Positions 60,212-64,000 of a stretch of DNA of 64,000 nucleotides are shown piece after piece (the stretch's first letter is position 1; each line of letters begins with the position of its first letter). The stretch comes from Parcubacteria bacterium C7867-005 (lineage in GTDB: Bacteria > Patescibacteriota > Minisyncoccia > Phycocordibacterales > Zambryskibacteraceae): contig LFCO01000003.1 in the NCBI GenBank assembly GCA_001189165.1, positions 50,769 to 114,768 of the forward strand, read 5' to 3'. The notes under the pieces were generated by a model. That model worked only from the letters and a program-made list of their open reading frames with translations, was not told where the DNA came from and did no database searches. A program made the position numbers and the translations under genes.

Positions 60212-60577
60212 ATGAGTCCGGGTAACATAAAAATCGAAGAAGGCACAGAAGAAACTCCGATCGAGGCCGCGATGCCGGTTGTGCCTGAATCAGTGAGGAA
60301 TGTTGTAGGCAAAACCAAAAAGATAGCCTCCGTAGAATTCGAGGAGACAAACCTGGAAGCATTCTTTAGAACTGTAAAGAACTCGAGGATGGTCCAGTGG
60401 GTTATGGATTTCTCTGGGGGTTTTGTAAAGGACACCAAGCAGGCTAACTACGTTCTGTTACTCATAGCTGTTCTGATATTCTCTATATCTGCAGTCATCA
60501 TTATTAGAACATTCTCCACCGAACCCATACCCGCACCAGAAGAATTCGATATGGTAGCTACTCCACAAAATTTATGA
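60212..60577 (+). CDS. Hypothetical single-TM protein
   Basis: SGGFVKD.KQANYVLL followed by a TM helix; overlaps the pilin start. Confidence 0.6.
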   Translation: MSPGNIKIEEGTEETPIEAAMPVVPESVRNVVGKTKKIASVEFEETNLEAFFRTVKNSRMVQWVMDFSGGFVKDTKQANYVLLLIAVLIFSISAVIIIRTFSTEPIPAPEEFDMVATPQNL

Positions 60578-61143
60578 AAAAACAAACAAAGTCTGGCTTT
60601 ACTCTGATTGAACTGATGGTGGTTATCTCAATCATCAGTCTTCTGACTAGTGTTAGTTTGTCTGCACTAAATGTCGCCAAGATGAGGAGTAGGGATGCAA
60701 GGAGAATCGAGGATTTCAAACAGATCCAACTAGCTCTCGAGCTATACAGAGATGATTTTGGATACTACCCAGGATCGAATTGCGGTTGGGACTGCAATGG
60801 CTATAGGTACAGTTATATAAGCGGAGTTTCTACAAGTGCTTGGGACGCCCTGGCAAACGATCTATTACCTTATATAAAAGTATTACCCAAAGACCCCATA
60901 AATGCAGCTTGTACTCCTTGGACTATCGCGGGTGCGTGCCACTCGTATACTTATGGTAATGTTGGCAGAAACAACAACCCACACGGGTATGATTTGACCG
61001 CAAGATTAGAAGATCCAAACAGCCCCTACAGATGCGGAGTAAAGGGTTATAGATTCTATTTTAATGATTCTACACTATGGTGCGTGGCGTTTGGTGGTTC
61101 TTATAGCAACCAAATCTACGAAGGATCAATACCTGCAAGGTAA
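60574..61143 (+). CDS. Type IV pilin / GspG-like prepilin
   Basis: GFTLIELMVVISII class III signal; SRDARR..D.KQIQ.ALELY; LPKDP. Confidence 0.9.
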   Translation: MKKQTKSGFTLIELMVVISIISLLTSVSLSALNVAKMRSRDARRIEDFKQIQLALELYRDDFGYYPGSNCGWDCNGYRYSYISGVSTSAWDALANDLLPYIKVLPKDPINAACTPWTIAGACHSYTYGNVGRNNNPHGYDLTARLEDPNSPYRCGVKGYRFYFNDSTLWCVAFGGSYSNQIYEGSIPAR

Positions 61144-61716
61144 TTATTTTGGTTCCAAAATATATTCGTATCTGAATTCTTTATTTCTGTTGTAGATCCT
61201 AAAAATCCTAAGATCGAACTCTCCGCTTTCGGTGGTCCGTATGTTTATTCTTGCCACGGCCTGAGGGTCTATCCCTGAAAGAGGTTTCCCACCAAACAGA
61301 TCGCCTAACTTACCCCTCATCTCTTCACTTATAAGCAGGCCAAACCCGTTTATAAGGACGTGGTTCTTTTTGTTCATCCAAGCATCCCTGATTTTAGTTA
61401 TAAATTCTATGGTGTTCTCCGGGCTTCGTAAGTTCCATTTTTTAAGTATCCCGTTTTCATCTACGATGTCTATAGCTGTACTTAAATCCCATGATCTAGT
61501 CATACCCGCTTCGATATCCCCGATGCTAACCCTCCTGGACATCATGTAGTGTTCAACCAAAAATTCTTCTATCGCTTTCTCAGACTCAAAGATGGTTTGA
61601 TGTAGATACTCTGTTAGCTTTCCTATATCTAAATCCGAAGACTCGAATCTCCAGTAGTGTGTCTCCTCCTCAGGGGCTGGTTCTGGTATAAGTGGGAATT
61701 CTCCTGATTGTCTCAT
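61144..61716 (-). CDS. Hypothetical protein
   Basis: 190-aa ORF filling the gap between the pilin gene and tRNA-Lys. Confidence 0.6.
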   Translation of the reverse strand: MRQSGEFPLIPEPAPEEETHYWRFESSDLDIGKLTEYLHQTIFESEKAIEEFLVEHYMMSRRVSIGDIEAGMTRSWDLSTAIDIVDENGILKKWNLRSPENTIEFITKIRDAWMNKKNHVLINGFGLLISEEMRGKLGDLFGGKPLSGIDPQAVARINIRTTESGEFDLRIFRIYNRNKEFRYEYILEPK

Positions 61717-61736
61717 TCCTCTATCCTAACATTCTG

Positions 61737-61809
61737 TGCGCCCGGCAGGAATCGAACCTGCGACCATCTCCTTAAAAGGGAGCTGCTCTACCGACTGAGC
61801 TACGGGCGC
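61737..61809 (-). tRNA. tRNA-Lys(TTT)
   Basis: GCGCCCGTAGCTCAGTCGGTAGAGCAG-CTCC-CTTTTAA-GGAG..GGTTCGATTCC..CGGGCGCA. Confidence 0.95.
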
Positions 61810-61859
61810 TTGTATAGAAGCTCTGAAAATATACCCCATGAAGTGCTCTCTGTCTATAT

Positions 61860-62306
61860 TTAGAGCGACAAAATTGTTTTTTCAACTAAGGTGCCGATCT
61901 CCCCCTTACCCCTCCTAGCATTATGGTAACCAACCAACAAGGATTGAGACAGGCTTTCAAGATCGCCTTCCTTAAAATTTACTAGGTTAGATTTTGCCTT
62001 ACTGTACGGGAAGGGTTTCATATCTGCCTCATCGGCTGATTTGGTTACTTTGGCCAAAAGCATCGTTTTTATGGCCCATACTATTTTCCAAAAGATTTCT
62101 TCTGGGACCATACCTGATGCAAGAGCTTTTTGATAAAGCACCCAGGCATCTTTTTTGTTTCTAGCCCCAACTGCATCAGTGAAAGAAAAAATATTAAAAC
62201 CCGACTTTGCTTTTGGTCCTATAGCGTCGCTCTCTTCTTCGACGAACTGCAAATCTACATCAACTACATCGTCAAATATATTTTTATGATAAAACTCTTC
62301 TGTCAT
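61860..62306 (-). CDS. DNA polymerase III delta (HolA) C-terminal-like protein
   Basis: FNIFSFTDA...R.KK.AW.LY..A......EEIF..I.W..K......KPF.YSKA; lacks the N-terminal AAA-like part. Confidence 0.6.
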   Translation of the reverse strand: MTEEFYHKNIFDDVVDVDLQFVEEESDAIGPKAKSGFNIFSFTDAVGARNKKDAWVLYQKALASGMVPEEIFWKIVWAIKTMLLAKVTKSADEADMKPFPYSKAKSNLVNFKEGDLESLSQSLLVGYHNARRGKGEIGTLVEKTILSL

Positions 62307-64000
62307 AGCGTTTTCATCTCCCCCCAATTATCACCCACATTAGCGGATACAATTATAGGTACTCCTTGTTTTTTATCTTCTGATAAAACATTCTCCATGA
62401 TAGGCTTGATATCTCTAACCACACCTTCAACCAAATCCTCCCTTATTTCGTAGATTAGTTCGTCATGAACCTGGAGTATCAGCCTGATATCCCCTTCTTG
62501 CTTTCTATCCCTTATATACTGATCTATTCTCTGCATACTTATCTTCGTAAAATCTGCTTGGGTTCCTTGAATCGGAGCATTGATGGCCATACGCTCTGCA
62601 CTCGCCCGTATGAACGGTAACGGTGACTTGAATCCTGCAAAATACCTTCTTCTCCCAAACATTGTTTCTGTATATCCCTTCCTCTCTGCGTCTGCTTTAA
62701 CGCTGTCGAGATAACTCGCAAGGCCGGAGAAAGTTTCAAAATAATTATTATAAAACTCCTGTGCCTCTTTTCTGTCTGTACCAAGGTTTGTTTTCAGAGC
62801 GTTTACTCCCATCCCATATAGAATTCCGAAATTTATAATCTTGGCCTTCCTTCTCATCTCCTTATCTACTGATGCCGGATCAACTTTAAACACCCTTGAT
62901 GCCACACCAGTATGAACATCCTCTCCCTTCTTAAAAATATCTACCAACTTTTTATCTCCAGACAAAATTGCCGCAATGCGGAGCTCTATCTGAGAATAGT
63001 CCAGAGCCACAAGCTTGAAACCGTCCTCGGCTATAAAGGCATGTCTGATCGCTTGTCCTAAACTAGATTTGATAGGAATATTCTGAAGGTTAGGATTGTT
63101 TGAAGACATCCTCCCCGTCGTGGCACCGGCCTGATCAAAAGTAGAATGAAGCCTCGAATTAAGATCCAGTTGTGGTGGTATGGCATCTATATAAGTAGAT
63201 AGAAGTTTCTGTAGTTCTCGATAATTCAAGATCGGTACGATGATGTCGTGCTTATCTTTTATCTTTTCTAATTCAGATTCCTTGGTAGAGAAAGTTCCAC
63301 TCGCTGTCTTTTTTTGTCTTTTCTCAGCTAAACCTAATTTACCGAAGAGGATCTCCCCCATCTGTTTTGGTGAGTTTATATTAAAATTTTCTCCGGCCAA
63401 ATCCCATATCTTTTTCTCTAGTTTAGAGAGTTCCTCATGATATGTCTTGGACAAATCTTTGAGCACCGCTTTATCCACTTTGACCCCAGTCTTGTTCATC
63501 TGTTCTATGACTGGGGTTATCGGCATTTCTATTTCCTCAAATACACTACGAACCTTCCTTTTGTCCAATTCCTCTTCGATAATTTTGTCTGCCTCCTCTA
63601 AACTTTTTTGTTTAGTAAAAGCCAAAATATCCTCAACGGTTGGAGAAGTTATATTTGAGTCTATGACCCACAAAGCTAAAGCGAGCTTTTTCTCCAATTC
63701 GCTTTTGGGCAGAGTTTTCTCTTTCTCTTTGGTTTGTTTCTTGGGATCTACCTCTCCTCTCTCGGTCTTATCGATACCACTCACTAACATCTTGATTCGT
63801 TCGCCTAAAGTTCTGAACTCTAGTTGTCTAAATAATTCAAGCAAGTTATCTATGACCAAATCTTCTTTCCATTCTTTTGGTAATTTAAAATCAATGGGCG
63901 CATCTATTCGAATAGTAGCTAGGGTTTTAGAAAACAAAGCCTCTTCCTCGTTTGCTACAAGTAGCTCGGCGATTCTGTCTGTGATCCCCGCCTTACTGTA
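62303..64000 (-). CDS. polA: DNA polymerase I, C-terminal part (starts beyond the window end)
   Basis: TGRMSSNNPNLQNIP, DYSQIELR, RRKAKIINFGILYGMG, ERMAINAPIQGT, LQVHDEL. Confidence 0.96.
   Translation of the reverse strand, partial: YSKAGITDRIAELLVANEEEALFSKTLATIRIDAPIDFKLPKEWKEDLVIDNLLELFRQLEFRTLGERIKMLVSGIDKTERGEVDPKKQTKEKEKTLPKSELEKKLALALWVIDSNITSPTVEDILAFTKQKSLEEADKIIEEELDKRKVRSVFEEIEMPITPVIEQMNKTGVKVDKAVLKDLSKTYHEELSKLEKKIWDLAGENFNINSPKQMGEILFGKLGLAEKRQKKTASGTFSTKESELEKIKDKHDIIVPILNYRELQKLLSTYIDAIPPQLDLNSRLHSTFDQAGATTGRMSSNNPNLQNIPIKSSLGQAIRHAFIAEDGFKLVALDYSQIELRIAAILSGDKKLVDIFKKGEDVHTGVASRVFKVDPASVDKEMRRKAKIINFGILYGMGVNALKTNLGTDRKEAQEFYNNYFETFSGLASYLDSVKADAERKGYTETMFGRRRYFAGFKSPLPFIRASAERMAINAPIQGTQADFTKISMQRIDQYIRDRKQEGDIRLILQVHDELIYEIREDLVEGVVRDIKPIMENVLSEDKKQGVPIIVSANVGDNWGEMKTL

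Overview
Chromosomal segment of a small-genome bacterium; the gene content and style (Pil genes, S-layer-like protein, unlinked rRNA genes, many apparently leaderless genes) suggest CPR/Patescibacteria, which is an inference. Most of it is housekeeping: secD (partial), rodA, ftsK, recA, efp, rpsF-ssb-rpsR, metG, glyQS, recO, ileS, argS, cmk/tmk/thyX/dcd, secE-nusG-rplK, rplS, pilMNO-like genes, ruvX, rpsT, ruvA, murE, mutM, polA (partial), a 23S-5S unit with no adjacent 16S, and 8 tRNAs. Accessory highlights: (1) a complete 1686-bp IS1595-family element with 31-bp imperfect terminal inverted repeats and an 8-bp target duplication, whose 3' ~45% has no convincing gene but reads as a densely base-paired ~560-nt candidate RNA with a pseudoknot, a promoter-like site and a terminator-like hairpin; (2) a complete diversity-generating retroelement (RT, Avd, TR, target with VR; 16 of 16 TR/VR mismatches at TR adenines), with avd antisense to TR/RT and a poly-C tract at its 5' end; (3) a REP-associated tyrosine transposase with three identical 23-bp palindromes; (4) a second stand-alone ~250-nt structured RNA candidate between recA and efp; (5) an apparent deletion of conserved domain IV helices in the 23S rRNA. 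All pairings and alignments were read by eye; no database searches or folding programs were run.
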